Below, piece after piece: positions 14,231-28,416 of a stretch of DNA of 60,000 nucleotides. The DNA comes from Malacoraja senta (taxonomy: Eukaryota). The stretch's first letter is position 1, and each line of letters starts with the position of its first letter. The notes under the pieces are model-generated. The model ran no database searches, was not told the origin of the DNA, and saw only the letters and a list, made by a program, of their open reading frames with translations. A program made the position numbers and the translations under genes. The stretch is taken from contig CM075988.1 of the NCBI GenBank assembly GCA_038087875.1, positions 27,406,001-27,466,000 on the forward strand, read 5' to 3'.

Positions 14231-14814
14231 ATTATAACTGTGATAACTGGCAAGGAATCTGCATCCATGCCTCTGCTTAAATTTGAAGTGGCAAAGACGA
14301 TTACATCACAGTTTGGCGAGTCGAGATGATCGAGTAAAGTAAAATTCTTTATTTTTAACGATAATAAAGCGATTTACTCGAGCGAGTTTTAAACAGTCAA
14401 AATAATGAAACTCCCTCGAACAGGGTGGAGCTTGAATGAATGCTTTACCAAAAGCCCGCGAAAACATTCCCCCGATCACGTGACCACGAGGGTTTGTGAT
14501 TCCCCAGGCCACCACTAGGTGCCGCTACAACAGTTTACTGATGCAAAGACATTATGGCTAAATTGTGTCTGTAAATAGAAATCTTTTCTTCACTCAGATC
14601 AATGCCTCAGGGCAGTTACCTTGGGCACACAGTATAACTTTAGGCCTAGATTTTTGTAAAGCTCGGCAATTTGTAGTAGTGACTACACTGGTTCAAGTTC
14701 CGAGGCACAAATATCACCAGCAATTTGTCCTGGATCAATCACATTGAACTACAGCGGGGAGAGTTGTACCACCTTTACTTTCTCAGAAAACTCTGCATGT
14801 TCTCGGAAGGCTCA

Positions 14815-15510
14815 GAATGTAGAGAGTCTTTTACCCAGAGTATGAGAATCAAAAACCAGAGGACATGGGTTTAAGGTGTCAGGGGAAAGATTTAAGAGAA
14901 ATCTCGAGGGGCAACTTTTCACACAGAGGATGGTAGGTGTAGGGAACGAGCTGCCAGAGGAGGTAGTTGTGGCAGATACTATAACAACATTTAAAGGGCA
15001 GTTGAACAACTACATGGATGGGAAAAGTTTAGATGGATATGGCCAAATGTGCGCAGGTGGGACATCTTGGTCTCCAAGTTGGGCCAAAGGGGCTATTTCC
15101 CTGCTGTATGACTCTAAATTAGGTATGTCTCCGATGAATCTCACCAACCTCTACAGCTACACCACAGAAAGCATTCTGGTAGGATGCAGCACAGCTTGGT
15201 TTGGCAACAGTGCCCAAGACCACAAGCATGGAAACATAGAAAATAAGTGCATGAGTAGGCCATTCGGCCCTTCGAGCCTGTTCAATATGATCATGGCTGA
15301 TCATCCAAAATCAGTACCCCATTCCTGCTTTCTCCCCATATCCCTTGATTCCGTTAGCCCTAAGAGCTATATCTAAATCTCTCTTGAAAACATCCAGTTA
15401 ATTGGCTTCCACTGCCTTCTGTGGCAGAGAATTCCACAGATTCACAATTCTCTGGGTGAAAAAGGTTTTCCTCATCTCAGTCTGAAATGGCCTACCCCTT
15501 ATTCTTAAGC
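14815..15510. mobile_element. Cluster of CR1 (+ and -) and L2-like fragments
   Basis: FTQRMVGVGNELPEEVV and FFTQRIVNLWNSLPQKAVEA peptides on opposite strands. Confidence 0.7.
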
Positions 15511-16399
15511 AATTGCAGAGGGTTGTGGATGTAGCCGAGTCCATCACACAAAATACCAGGAGGAAGCCCACAGTCACAGGGAGAACATGCAAACAGTCAG
15601 CACCCTAGGTCAGGATTTAACCTGGGTCTCTGGCACTTAGAGGCAGCAGCTCAATCACTACAGCACCCTAATGGATGGAGAACAGCTGGCGAGCTGCTGT
15701 CTACCTATTTGAAAGGTGTCATGATCTCATAGAACTAAAACACTTAAATAAACCTGGCTAAAAATACCAGGACACAGAAGCAATGTGGAACTCAAGGAAG
15801 AACTCATCTGAATATTGATACCCACTCGCGCTAATCTGAAAATCACTGAGCTGAACATTTTAACATAACATCAACACCAATGGTGCAGCTTAAAAGCCCC
15901 AGTTTTGAGCTAAGCTGTGAAAATGGAGATGCAGTCAGTACTCCCAAATGAGAAAAAAAAACAAATTGAAAATGTAATAGATGATATAAAATCTTTGATG
16001 ATGCTCCTCTATCAACTGTTTATCAGCTTTTCTTAAGAAGCTTCCTGTGAGACGGTAATATGTTCATATGCTTAAACCATTGTGATCCATATCTGAATAT
16101 ATGATGTAAAAGCTAGATATAATGGAATAAAATAAAACTATACATCAAATAGATTTTTTAAAACATATTCCATAGAAATCTTTCTTGCAATGATCGATGT
16201 CTTGATTCTATTTTGCACATTGCTAACTCATGTGCTCTGATTTTGTGGGAAATTGCTTCCAATTTCTTGCAATAATGGCAATTGATCAGGGATTTCCAGG
16301 AATAAAAAACATGCATTTACTGGAAATTCAATTCAAAAGCAGAAAATGCTGTAAGCACTCAGTAGATCAGGCTATATTGATGAGGAGAGAAACAGAGTC

Positions 16400-16691
16400 A
16401 GCAGGAGTCACAGTGGCGCAGAGGTAGAGTGCTGCCTTACAGCGCCAGAGACGTGGGTTTGATCCCAACTATGGGTGCTGTTTGTACGGAGTTTGTACTT
16501 TCTCCCCGTGACCCACGTGGGTTTTCCCCGGGTGCTCCGGTTTCCTCCCATGTTCCAAAGATGTACATGTTTGTAGGTTCATTGGCTTTGCTAGTGTGTA
16601 GGATAGTGTTAGTGTACAGGGATCGCTGGTCGGCGCGGACTCGGTGTGCAGAAAGGCCTGTTTCCGCGTTGTACCTTGAAACTAAACTAAA
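16400..16691 (+). mobile_element. HE1-type SINE
   Basis: Same head, V-domain and tail. Confidence 0.85.
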
Positions 16692-18594
16692 CCAGGTCAA
16701 AGATCCTTCTTCAAAACTAAGAAAGTTAGAAGATAAGCAAGTTTAACTTCACAGAAGTGGGGAAGAGATCGAGAGACAGAGGGATGTGACATGATGCAGA
16801 CTATAGTTACAATCCTTAAACAACTGCCATTTGGAGACAGGAAGGAAAAACAAAACAAGTTGAATCAGAAAAATACAGCCACATCGGTGAACAAAGAGAT
16901 GAAAAGAAGTTAACTGAAATCATTAAATTCAATATTAAATTTTGCTGCATGTAATGTACCCAGACAGAAGACCCAGACCTACTTTCGTGATGAAAGGGCA
17001 ACATCACCCCCTGAGTTTCTCCAGCATTTTTGTCTACCTTTGATTGTTCCAGCATCTGCAGTTCCTTCTTAAACAGACAGAAGATGAAGTGTTTTTCCTG
17101 AAATGCACCGCCAGCATGGAGAGACAATTCTGGACTAAGATGGAGTTATGGGAGCGACTGTTGTGATTGGACTTGCATACTATCACTTCCTACCAGTAGC
17201 CAAATATTAATGATAGATCGCGAATGGAGAGAGTTGGCAGCTTCAAATTCCTAGGTGTAAACATCTCAGATGACCTATCCTAGGCCCAGCACATAAATGT
17301 TATCATGTTGAAGGCATGCCAGCACCTTTACTTTCTTCGGAGTTTAAAGAGATTCATCATGCCACCAAACACTCTAAACAATGTGGTTGACACTTAAACG
17401 CAGCTGAAATGCCCTAGCAAGTCATTCAATTCAAGCACAATTAGATAAAGGCTTATCAGTGATGCCCATATCTTGAATTATGAATAAATAACATAAGATT
17501 CCACAGGATCTGCCCTGAACTTGCACCAGGTTCAACCAGCTGCAGGTTCAGTAACTCCATTCATCCCAATGGTGAGGACAGCTGATAGGAAGAATAGTGT
17601 GCTCCAGCTAATTTTATCGTATTTTTGTGTTAATGTATATGTTTTTAATTGTTAGCTCAAATTATTTAAATTGTATTTAATTGTTGCGTTTTATAACTTT
17701 TGCATATTTTGCTTTATTGTTTTTGATTATGTGATTCATTTTTAATTGATCTTTTTTTCTTGTTTTGTGGGCCATTCATATTTCTGTGACAGTTTTGACA
17801 AGTTATGCCTGGAGTTATGCATCAATCAGCCCGGGGCTGGCTATTTATTACGGGAAGGTTCGGCGTCAATCAAGAAATGGTTTGGGTACAGGATACCAAT
17901 GCAAGTAAATATAGCTGGGATGCAGGTGTTGAAGTGGCTTCTCAGGTGCTTCTGTTTAAGCCTCAGTTTCTATGCTGGCTAGAGTCAAATTGCCATGTCT
18001 GTCATTCTGTGTTTCGATAGAGTGAACAAGAAAATAATGATTGAATTTACATCAAATTCATACTGTCACTGAGTGAGAAATCAAGTGAAGATTGTTGGAA
18101 TCTGGATGGTATCAAACTTCTTAAAAATAATTGCGCTCATCCAGGCAAATGGAGAGTATTATTTTATGATTCCGATTTGCATCTTGTAGATGGCATCAAG
18201 AAGTGAGTCACCCTTCATCAGATTCTCACTTCTGGCTGCTCTTGCAACCATGGTATTTATATACTTGGTCTAGTTGAGCTTCTGGTGAATGGTAACTCCC
18301 AGGATATCAACAGTGAGAGGCATTGCAATTCAATGCCATTGATTGTCGAGAGTTAGAATTTCACATTGGAAATGGTCACTGCCGGGCACTTTTATGGTGC
18401 AATGTTACTCGCACTTCTCAGACCATGCCTGAAATTGACCAGTTCTTGTAATGCCCAGGCAGAGACTTAGGTACAAGAGGAAATGAACATTGGGATCGAT
18501 ATCCAGGTGAGTATATTTATTGTCATTCCCCCCTCCACCTTTCCCCCCTCCACCCAGGACGCCAGTAACTGCACATTCTCCTGACCCGTCCACC

Positions 18595-19206
18595 AGGTGG
18601 CGCCGTACAATGGCTGCCTCGCCAACAGTCTGTCTCGTCCTTTTCTTCTTTTGTTGTCTTTAGTTTTTTGTTAAATGTATGTTTTAGTGTATCTTTAGTT
18701 TTGTATTATGTGGGGGAGGGGGGGGACTTTTTTAATCTCTTTCCTCAACAGAGAGGCGGCTTTTCCGTATCGAATCTCCGTCCGCACTGCGACCTAACAT
18801 CAAGGAGCTGGCAGCCTCTTGCTGGGGATTGACTTTGGGAGCTCCAACCACGGGAGCCTGCGGACTTAACATCGTGAAGCTGACAGTCCCTTGGTGAGGG
18901 ACCGGCTTCATGAGCTCCAAGCCGCAGGAGCTTCGACCGCCCCAATCACCACTTTGATCACCCCGACGCGGGAGCTTCGATCGCCCCGACTGCGGATGGT
19001 TCGACTGCCCCGACCGCGGGCGAAAAGGAGGGAAGAAGATAATACGTTATAGCTTTCCATCGCTCTGGTGGGTGTTTATGTTAATTTTTATGTAGTTGTG
19101 TGTCTTGTTGCTTTTTTGGTATGACTGTATGGCAAATCAAATTCCTTGTATGTTTTTACATACTTGACTAATAAATTAATTACAATACAATACAATACAA
19201 TACAAT
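18595..19206 (+). mobile_element. GC-rich non-autonomous retroelement with (TACAA)n tail
   Basis: Head GGTGGCGCCGTACAATGGCTGCCTCGCC, internal GGAGCTTCGA.CGCCCC subrepeats, AATAAA followed by (TACAA)5. Confidence 0.6.
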
Positions 19207-19297
19207 TTCTCCATGAATACTGACCCTAAATCCAGGAAATTCCTAGGTGATAGCATTGTAGATATACTTTCACAAGAAAGAAGGTTCCTCATTTCAC

Positions 19298-19600
19298 CTT
19301 AGTTTAGATACAGCATGAAAACAGGCACTTCGGCCACTTGAGGTCATTGATCACCTGTTTATACTAGTTCTATGTTATCCCACTTTCACATCCATTCTCT
19401 ACACACAAGGGTCAATTTTGCAGAGGCAAATTAACCTACAAATCCCCATGATGTGGGAGGAAACCCGAGCACCCGGAGGAAACCCACGCAGTTACAGGGA
19501 GAACATGCAAACTCCACGCAAACAGCACCTGAGGTCAGGATCAAACCCGGGTCTCTGGCGTTGTGAGTCAGGAGCTCGACCAGCTGCGGCACAGTGCCTC
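19298..19600 (-). mobile_element. HE1-type SINE
   Basis: Same consensus, reverse strand. Confidence 0.8.
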
Positions 19601-20824
19601 CCAACAGGCCTTCTTCTTAAGGGTAATTGGGGATAAACAATAAATTCTGTCCTTACAAGAGACAGCTGAATTCCTGATAAGTAACAAATAACAAAACTAC
19701 CAGAACACTTCAACCTTTTAGGTGCCAGTGAGCTGATGCGGGCATGTTGGTAACCCTGGCAATATCTTGGATGATGATAGAACATTGTTCCAACTTCTCA
19801 TGGCTTCCTGTGTTAAAGATTTTATCAAGCCCCACATTTGTCCCCCTCAAAGAGCTAACTCTAATTCAACAGTTTAGTTGGTATGTTTTCTCACCCTGGG
19901 AGGCATGCATGGAAATTCAAGCCTTTGTGTTTTAATTAACACTAAGCCTTTCATTTCCTGGATTTCCTGTCATTAATGATTCAATTGTGAGACAATTTAT
20001 AGGACACTTCTCCAAACAGTAGCAAGCAATTCAGATCCTAATATTTTAAAATACCGTTACATTGCACTTAAAAAAACATTTGGAATTGTCTTATCGGTTA
20101 CGTTTAATTGCTCTGTCTGAATGGGATTGCGCAGACTGTCAACACAGCTTATACCCACTCCCTCTGTTAATGCATTAACCTTGCCTACTGTCACAATGCC
20201 TCTAGAATTGATGCTATTTATCCAATTACGTTACTCATTCACAGATTACTGTCTGCTAAAAAAATTTGAAGACCTTTTATTTCCTTATTAAATACCCACC
20301 ACCTATAATCACGAAGAGTAGACAGATTAGTCAGCTGTCAAAGGTCTCAAAATCAATTTCTGACTTCCAAAACTATTTAACATTCAACAATTCATCAAAC
20401 TATAATAATAAATTTTTAACATTTAAAAGTTTATTTTGGGAAATCTGAAAATAAAATGTTTTTTTCCTAGCAACATACTTATTTTGACACAGAAACAGAA
20501 AATGCTGGAAGCAGTTTGCAGTTGAAGCAGCATCAGTTTGGAGAGAAATAGAGTCAAGATTTTGAGACAAAGACCCTTCACCAGAATTGGAACAGTGGGA
20601 GAACGTGTTTTAATGACATGAACATGACAGGGTGCAAACCAAAGCTGCCAAGTTATCAATTACAGCCGATCCCAGGTTACATAAGAGTTCCACTCCTCCA
20701 TTTCTCCGTAAGTCAGGATCATTTTAGTTTAGACACAAAGCGCTGGGGTTACTCAACAGGACAGGCAGTAATTCTGGAAAGAAGGAATGGGTGACGGTTT
20801 GGGTCGAGACCCTTCTTCAGACTC

Positions 20825-21095
20825 TAGTTTAGTTTAGTGAATCAGCACGGAAAGAGACCCTTCGGCCCATCAAGTCCGCACAGGCTAGCAATCCACGCAC
20901 ATTAACACTATCCTACATGCACTAGGGACAATTTACATTTATACCAAGCCAATTTACTTAGAAACCTGTACGTCTTTTGAGTAAGATTTGCATCGTGGGG
21001 ATTTGCAGACAGCAACCGTAATCGGGATTGAACCCAGGTCTCTGACATTGTAAGTGCTGTAAGGCTACAACTCTACCGCTGCACCACCGTGCTGC
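20825..21095 (-). mobile_element. HE1-type SINE
   Basis: Same consensus with (GTTTA)n tail. Confidence 0.8.
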
Positions 21096-21277
21096 TTTGA
21101 TTCTCTATAGCTAATATTACTCTACACACAATGGCTATCATCCTTTCACTCATTAAATTTTCACCCTAACACTACCTATAATTAAATTAATGGAAATCAA
21201 ACTGTATCCAGTAGTTCATGAATACTACAAAACATTTAACTATTATTATTACTATCTTGAAAAAAGCTTCACCAATA

Positions 21278-22062
21278 GGCCGCTATAGTGGCGCTAGGGT
21301 TGCCAACAGTCCCTTATTAGCTGGGACATCCTGTATATTGGGCTAAATTGGTTTGTCCCATATGGGACCACCCTTGTCCCGTATTTGACTGCTACTACTA
21401 GGGTTGAGGGGACTGTCGGGTCGGAGCGCCGCGTCCGGCCCCACCTCACCCGTCCTGACGTAGTGCAGCCCATGGAGTGCAGCAGCAGCACCACGCCCAT
21501 GGCCCCGTCGGTCGGTGGCCTGGCCAGCTGTCCATCACCACCCCTCCTTCTCATGGCCGATTATCGGTGCACGAGTTGGATGGAATGCCGGACTTTGTAC
21601 GCGACGTCGCGCGGCCCCGGCGCCTAGGCCAAAACTCCTCAGCTGGCCCGCTGGCTGGGCTTTGCATGCAGTCCAGCAACCGGGCCAACTCATCATTCAC
21701 CCAGCCATGGCCGAGTCGATCAACGAATTGCCATCGGGAATTTATCCCTTATTTTTACCTTTTGTCCCTTATTTGGGAGTGAGAAAGTTGGCAACCCTAA
21801 GTGGCGCAATGGTAGAGTTGCTGCCTTACAGCTCTAGAGACCCGGGTTCCATCCTGACGACGGTTGCTGTCCATATGTTCTCCCTGTGGATGTGTGTGTA
21901 GGTTTTTTCCAGCAGCTCCACTTTCCTCCTACATTCCAAAAATGTGCCGGTTTGTAGGTTAATTGACTGTGGGTAATTGTCACCAGTGTGTAGGATAGAA
22001 TTAGTGTATGGGTCGGCGTGGACTCAGTGGGCCAAAGTCCCTGTATCTCTAAACTAAACTAA
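21278..22062 (+). mobile_element. HE1-type SINE interrupted by the hAT MITE
   Basis: The head resumes after the TSD at 21800. (TAAAC)n tail. Confidence 0.8.
21295..21799. mobile_element. Non-autonomous hAT DNA transposon (MITE)
   Basis: TIRs TAGGGTTGCCAAC / GTTGGCAACCCTA. Perfect 8-bp TSD AGTGGCGC (21287-21294, 21800-21807). Inserted in the head of a SINE. Confidence 0.92.
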
Positions 22063-22074
22063 AAATATGGGAGA

Positions 22075-22880
22075 CTTTGTATAAAGCCATGGGCCTGGTC
22101 ACCCCATTACAGGAAGGATGTGTAAGCCTTGGAGAGGGTGCAGAAGTGGTTTACTAGAATGCTGCCTGAATTAGAGGTTGGACAAACTTGAATCGTTTCT
22201 CTGGTTTTCTGGAGGTTGAGGGGAGACCACATAGAAGTTTATAAAATGACAAAGACCTAGATAGAGTACGCAATCAGAACCTTTCTCCCAGGGTGGGAAT
22301 GGTGGCGGCATGGTAGCACAGTGGCAGAGTTGTTGCCTTACAGCGGTGGAGACCCGGGCTCGATCCTGATTACGGGTGCTGTCGGTACGTAGTTTGTACG
22401 TTCTCCCCGTGACCTGCGTGGGTTTTCTCCGGGATCTTCGATTTCCTCCCACACTCCAAAGATATACAGGTATGTAGGTAAATTGGCTTGGTAAATGTAA
22501 AAATTGCCCCCAGTGTGTGTAGGATAGTGTTAATGTGCACGGATCACTGGTCGGCGCGGACCCGGTGGGCCTGTTTCCGCACTGTATCTCTCTAAAAGAC
22601 CAGAGGGCATGGCTTTATGGTAAGAGGGGCAATGTTTAAAGGAGATGAGCAGGGCAAGTTTTCATTATACACAGAGAGAGTGAGTGCCTGGAACATACTG
22701 CTGGGATGGTGGTGAAGGCAGATGAGAATATGGCATTTAAGAGGCTTTTGGATAGGTACCTGGATATGTAGAAAATGTGGGGATATGAATCATGTGCAGG
22801 CAGAAGAGATTAGTTTACATCAGCATCATGTTTAGCACAAACATTATGGGCTGAAGGGCCTGTTACTGTTCTATGTTCTA
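22075..22880 (+). mobile_element. CR1 3' fragment split by a SINE
   Basis: CR1 ORF2 end and (TTCTATG)n tail. SINE inserted at 22300-22595. Confidence 0.7.
22300..22595 (+). mobile_element. HE1-type SINE (CpG-rich, young)
   Basis: Near-consensus copy nested in a CR1 fragment. Confidence 0.85.
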
Positions 22881-25414
22881 TACATTTCCATAAAACAGAT
22901 CAATAGATAAAAAGCAAAAAATTGAAACAATTTTAAAACAGAAAGATATAACTGTATCTGAAGAGAAAAATAAAAGATGATTGACCTGAAATTCTTAAAC
23001 AGATTTTTTTTGTCCCAAAGGTTGTATCTTTCCAGAAAGAAGAATAGAAGAAGTTCTAGTGATAGCCAAGCGGTTCGTGACTGAGTTGTTCAGCTGGCCC
23101 ACCAGATGCATTAAAACAGAATCTTGGCACTGATAAAAATGCAACATAAGGTTGCTCTACTTTCATGATAGAAACACACTAAACCAACAAGAAAATAATA
23201 TAACTTATGCATTGCCGTCTGCAAATTGTTAAAGGCACAATTACTTAATTACCACCAACTATCCTCTGTAGGTTAGAAGATTAGCACATGTGTGTATAAC
23301 ATCTCATTCACAATATAAATATCGTTAGTGATTTTAAATATTTCTCAGCTTGATTTTGTTTTATTTTTGTCCTGATTTCTTTACCTCCTACTTTGCTCTG
23401 CATACGGAATTTTTACATTGGCAGAAATATCTAGGCATGCACTTCCTGGCTATGATACTGTGAGGATGGTTTTAACCTCTCAATGGTGAATGGGGATGGT
23501 TAGCAGCAGCAACATGGAGTGGTGGGAAAAGATTAAGGTGCAAGTCACAGGATCAGACATGTCGGTAGAAAACAGGGGGAATTGGAGAGGAGGTGTAATC
23601 TCCCCACTTCGCAGCGGGTCTCCCAGGTTGGCACATGAAGTCAGGTTGAAATCAATTTCCAGTCTAAAATGTACCAGTGCCGTGTGATCGAATTTCTCAA
23701 TGATTGTTCCTTGGCCTCGCCGGACAAATCTAAGGATTCGTGCAGCGGGCACAGTGCCTCCAGTCACTGGAACTTCAAGTTCAAAACCCCATGAAAGTCA
23801 ATGAGGACCTATAAGTGCATTGAATGGTTGGCAGCGTTCATTCAACTCCAAACTTCAACTTCAGACTACAAAATCTGGCTCCGATATAGCAGAAACATTC
23901 AGCAATTTAATCTCTCTGCACCAATCTAATCAATTAGATTGAAATTATTTGGATATCAGCATTTATTGAAGTAAAGGACTGTTGTCAAATCTTATACACT
24001 GCCATATAAACTGAAGCATAATTTTGACCTGCCAGTCTACCCATACCCATTCATTTAATGTCACAATCTTTCTGTATAGCGATGGAAAACTTAGTTTCAA
24101 TTATAAGCTGTGGACAATTTGTATTGCAGATTGCTGACTGTCCAAAGAAAAATATCGTGGTGAATTCAGGACTATCTGTCAGAACACTTTATTGTCCTGT
24201 AATAACGAGGTAGCTTTAAATCCAAGTAGTACAGTACAATTGTTTATTTTCCTCTGGGATATTATAATCCATTGTTAGCAAAGCAAAACCAGCACTGTTC
24301 TGTACTCCCTCTCTTTTCATATTCACATATTTGTCAAGTTTTATTGTACTCATCTTTCTATATGAGAATCAACTTTGGATACATAATGCATCATGGGTTA
24401 ATAATCTAGTCATCCCTTTATTTTGGAATTTGTCTGTCTGGCAAAAGATGCAAAACAACAACTAACAGCAAATATTATTCATTCAATGAAGATAATTCAT
24501 GCTGGGATTTAGAGGCAACGGGCAGTGCAGTTATTTCAAGGTCTTAACTTGAAACTAATCCATTCGCTATTAGTATTCTGTACGCACAGCTTTAGATTGC
24601 AGCAACTTTGGGAATATTTGCTGTGGTTTAGTGCACATTGAAGCTGAGGCTGAACCATGCATAGGTTTGTTCTGTGCTACGGTTTACCTCTGTTGCTGAG
24701 AGTGCAGCTGCAATTAATGTGATCAAAAGATTAATAAAGTGTTCATCTATTTCATTAATAAATATTTAACCAAAACATCTCAGGATGTTCTTGTTTAATT
24801 TCTATTAAACAAGAACATTTAAAACCCACTTAAAATAGACCATTCATGATGATTTTTTTTTTAAAACAGCTTTTTCATTCGGGGGCATTTTAAGGTATCA
24901 GACATCAGTGAGGAGTTGACATATTAAAGGTATTCTGCAACCTTAATGTCACTATTTACTTATTAGGCATAATTACCTCGACATCAATGGGGATGAGCCA
25001 CACACTGCCTACTAAGTATTTCAAAGCTTTATATTCCTCTCGTCTCGCCACTTCTTCCAGTTTCACAAATTATTGTGCATGGAGCAGCTTGAAATGTTCC
25101 TGTGATGAATGAAAGAACTATTTTACATCACTTGTTAAAGTGCAAAGCACAGTTCTACAACGCTTACAGAAGGGGAAGCAGTTACTGTTTCAGAGCAACC
25201 AACCTTGATCAGAAAGATAGCACCATCTATTTTGAATTGAAGCTACATCAAAATTTCCCATTATATGTCCTTACATTTTAGTTTCTCACAGTTGTAATGT
25301 CTAGTCTGAAATTAAATCATGTTCTTAACTACCTCTACCGTGCATTTCCTAGCTACTGGTTTAATATTTTATTGTTTCATCTTGCAGAGCCTAAATAGCA
25401 TCTTTAGGGCGAGG

Positions 25415-25820
25415 TTGAGTAGGTTGAGTCTCTATTCCTTGGTGCGCAGGAGGATGAGGGGTGATCTTATAGAGGTACAGTAGGTGTATAAGATCATGAG
25501 AGGAATAGATCGGGTAGATGCACTGAGTCTCTTGCCCAGAGTAGGGGAATCGAGGAACAGAGGACATACTGTAGGTTCAAGGTGAAGGGGAAAAGATTTA
25601 ATAGGAATCTGAGGGGTAACAAGCTGCCAGAGGAGGTAGTTGAGGTTGGGACTATCCCAACATTTAGGAAAGAGTTAGACAGGTACATGGATAGGACAGG
25701 TTTGAATGGAATATGGACATAGCGCAGGCAGGTGGGACGTGTAGCTGGGACATGTTGGCTGGTGTGGGCAAGTTGGGCCAAAGGGCCTGTTTCCACACTG
25801 TATCACTCTATGACTCTATC
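25415..25820 (+). mobile_element. CR1 3' fragment
   Basis: RRMRGDLIEV..KIMRGIDRVDA coding remnant and CTCTATGACTCTAT tail. Confidence 0.75.
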
Positions 25821-26274
25821 ATGGTTCCTGCTACTTCCAACCTGTTATATGTTTTCTGAAGTAACATTTTTGTCAGACACTTTCATTTTCTTTCCCTTTG
25901 TCTTGACTAGACATTTCTTTACCGCATTCTCTATTTCAATATTGAAATAATTATCTGGTTTTTTTCTAATTTTTCATTTTGTTTCAATAAATTAAAATGT
26001 AAAAAACTGCAAATGCTAGAAATCCATAATAAAAACAGAAAATACTAGAAACACTCACACCTTATGCAGCATCAGATTGACCAGAAAACAATCAGGAGAG
26101 AAAAACAGGTCTAATTTTTTATTTGTCTCAAATTTTACTTTATTTTTTAAAGTACTCAAGTCAAATGCAATGCTCCTCGAACCAAAGTTGTTCATAAGGA
26201 AAACATAGAACAGTACAGTACAGGAACAGGTTTTTCAGCCCACATTGACTGTACTAAACATGTTTAAGCGATGT

Positions 26275-26552
26275 TTAGTTTAGATGCTTAGAGATATAGC
26301 ATGGAAACGGTCCCTTTGGCCCACCGAGTCCATGCCGACCATCGATCAACCATACACTAGTTCTGTGTTACCCCACTTTTGAATCCTACATACAAGGGGC
26401 AATTTACAGAAGCCAATTAACCTACAAATATGCACGTCTTTGGAATGTGGGAGGAAACCCGAACATTCAGAAAAAATTCATGCTGACAGAGGAAGAACGT
26501 ATACATTCCACAGACAGTCCCCGTAGTCAGGATAGCTCCACTGCTGTGCCAC
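26275..26552 (-). mobile_element. HE1-type SINE nested in a CR1 tail
   Basis: Same consensus, reverse strand. Confidence 0.75.
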
Positions 26553-27009
26553 CCATGATGCCAAGACCAACTCTTATCTGCTGCATATATTATATCCCTC
26601 CATTCTCTGTATATCCATGTACCCATCCAAAAGTCTTATGTGCCACTATTGTATCTGGCTCCACCACCAACCAACCCAGTCAGTGCATTCCAGGCACTCA
26701 CCACCTTCAGTGTAAAAATAACCTGCCCTGAACATCTCCTTTAAACTTTGCCCCTCTCACCTTAAAGCTATGCCCTCTAGAATTTGAGTAAAATGATCCT
26801 GATATCCATTGTGGTTTACTTTCTGTGCTCAGTTAATTTAGTCAAGTTGAGAAAACAAACAGGAGTTGGCAGTTGTACTGGTAACAACTGGTATTAAAGC
26901 TGTTACTCCTTCAAAACTGTAAATGCAAAAAGTATGTTTATTAATAACTGTAAATCAGCTTGGATACTCATAACAGGAGAAATATATGTTAAAAACGGTC
27001 CCAGATTTC

Positions 27010-28285
27010 TTTCTTAAAAAAAATAAAAAATTATTAGAAGTATTTTACATTACAGTAATCTGCAATAACGTAAGTTTATACTGTTCTTGTACCACTTCTT
27101 ATTTTAATCTTTAATAGGAAAAAAGGATAGAAGGAGTTAGTAAAGATAGTCAGTGAGTGAATGAAAGAGTGGTCCATGAACACCCGGATGAACCTAAACC
27201 ACAAGAAATAGTTAAAAAAGAAAAGAAAAAAACCAAAAGGAGGAAAAAGAAAAAAGAAAAAAGAAAGTAAGATTGGACATTATGAGAGGGATGCACCTAC
27301 TTCTTATCTTTACTCACCCCTCGCCAGGTCCTAAAACCGTTTATTATCAACATTTTGTTGCACCCTATGTTTGTAATAAGTCGATATATGGAGACCAAAT
27401 CTTTTGGAATTGGTCTAGTTTACCTGCTAGGAGGAATCTCATATCTTCTAGGTATAACAATTCCGACATATTAGAAGTCCACATTTTTATTGTTGGCATA
27501 GGAGCATTTTTCCAAAATTTCAGTATCCGTTTTTTTGCCGTTATTAAGCCATAATTAAGAAAACTCCTTTGAAACGAAGTCAGCTCCAAACTTGCTTCTA
27601 TTGTTCCAAAAATAATCAATTCTGCATTCGGTTTCAGGTTTATTTTAAATAATTTAGTGAAAATTTCAAAAATTTCATTCCACAATTTTTGAATTTTTAT
27701 ACAAAAAACAAAATAATGTGCTATATATAGTTGATTCTTGGATTAGGCATTTATCACAGATAGCAGAGGTATTTGGGTAAAATTTACTTAATTTAGCTTT
27801 TGAATAGTATAATCTATGTAAAATTTTAAATTGAATCAGAGTATGTCTTACATTAATCGAGCATTTATGCACATATAATAGGTGTTTATCCCAACTCTCT
27901 TTCGAGATTTTTATAGCTAGTTCCTGTTCCCATTCTCTTCTAATCCCATCCGATGATGGAATTTCTATGTTTAAAATGCAATTGTATAGGTATGATATTA
28001 AATTAGCTGATTCCGCTTTTATATTCATTATCCCATCTAATAGGTCAGGAGACATATTTTGATATTCTCGTGTATACTTTTTCAAATAGTCACGTATTTG
28101 AAAATATTTGAAATATTGATTACTATTCAAGTTGTATTTAAGTTGTAGTTGGTGAAATGTTAAAAAAACTTCCATTATCATAGATATCTCCAAACGTTTT
28201 AATTCCTACTCTTTCCCAATTTATAAAAGCTCTATCTATCATAGAAGGTTTAAACGAAGGGTTATTCATTATAGGTGAGAGAAAT
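27010..28285 (-). mobile_element. 5'-truncated L1-clade LINE (ORF2 C-terminus + 3' UTR)
   Basis: Frameshifted ORF2-like peptides (QFKILHRLYY..CDKC..; WNEIF..). Flanked by a perfect 14-bp TSD CGGTCCCAGATTTC (26996-27009, 28286-28299). Confidence 0.88.
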
Positions 28286-28416
28286 CGGTCCCAGATTTCA
28301 ATTCAATGTTTCTGGACTGTATTGTAAACTCATTCCCCTTCCAGCATACAAAAACTGCATTGCTTCCAGGATTTACCAAAATAAATGAAACATTCTCAAT
28401 TACATCTTTGGAAGAG

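Noticed and set aside
14876..15376. 166-aa ORF
   Set aside because: Chance read-through across adjacent CR1 and L2-like fragments.
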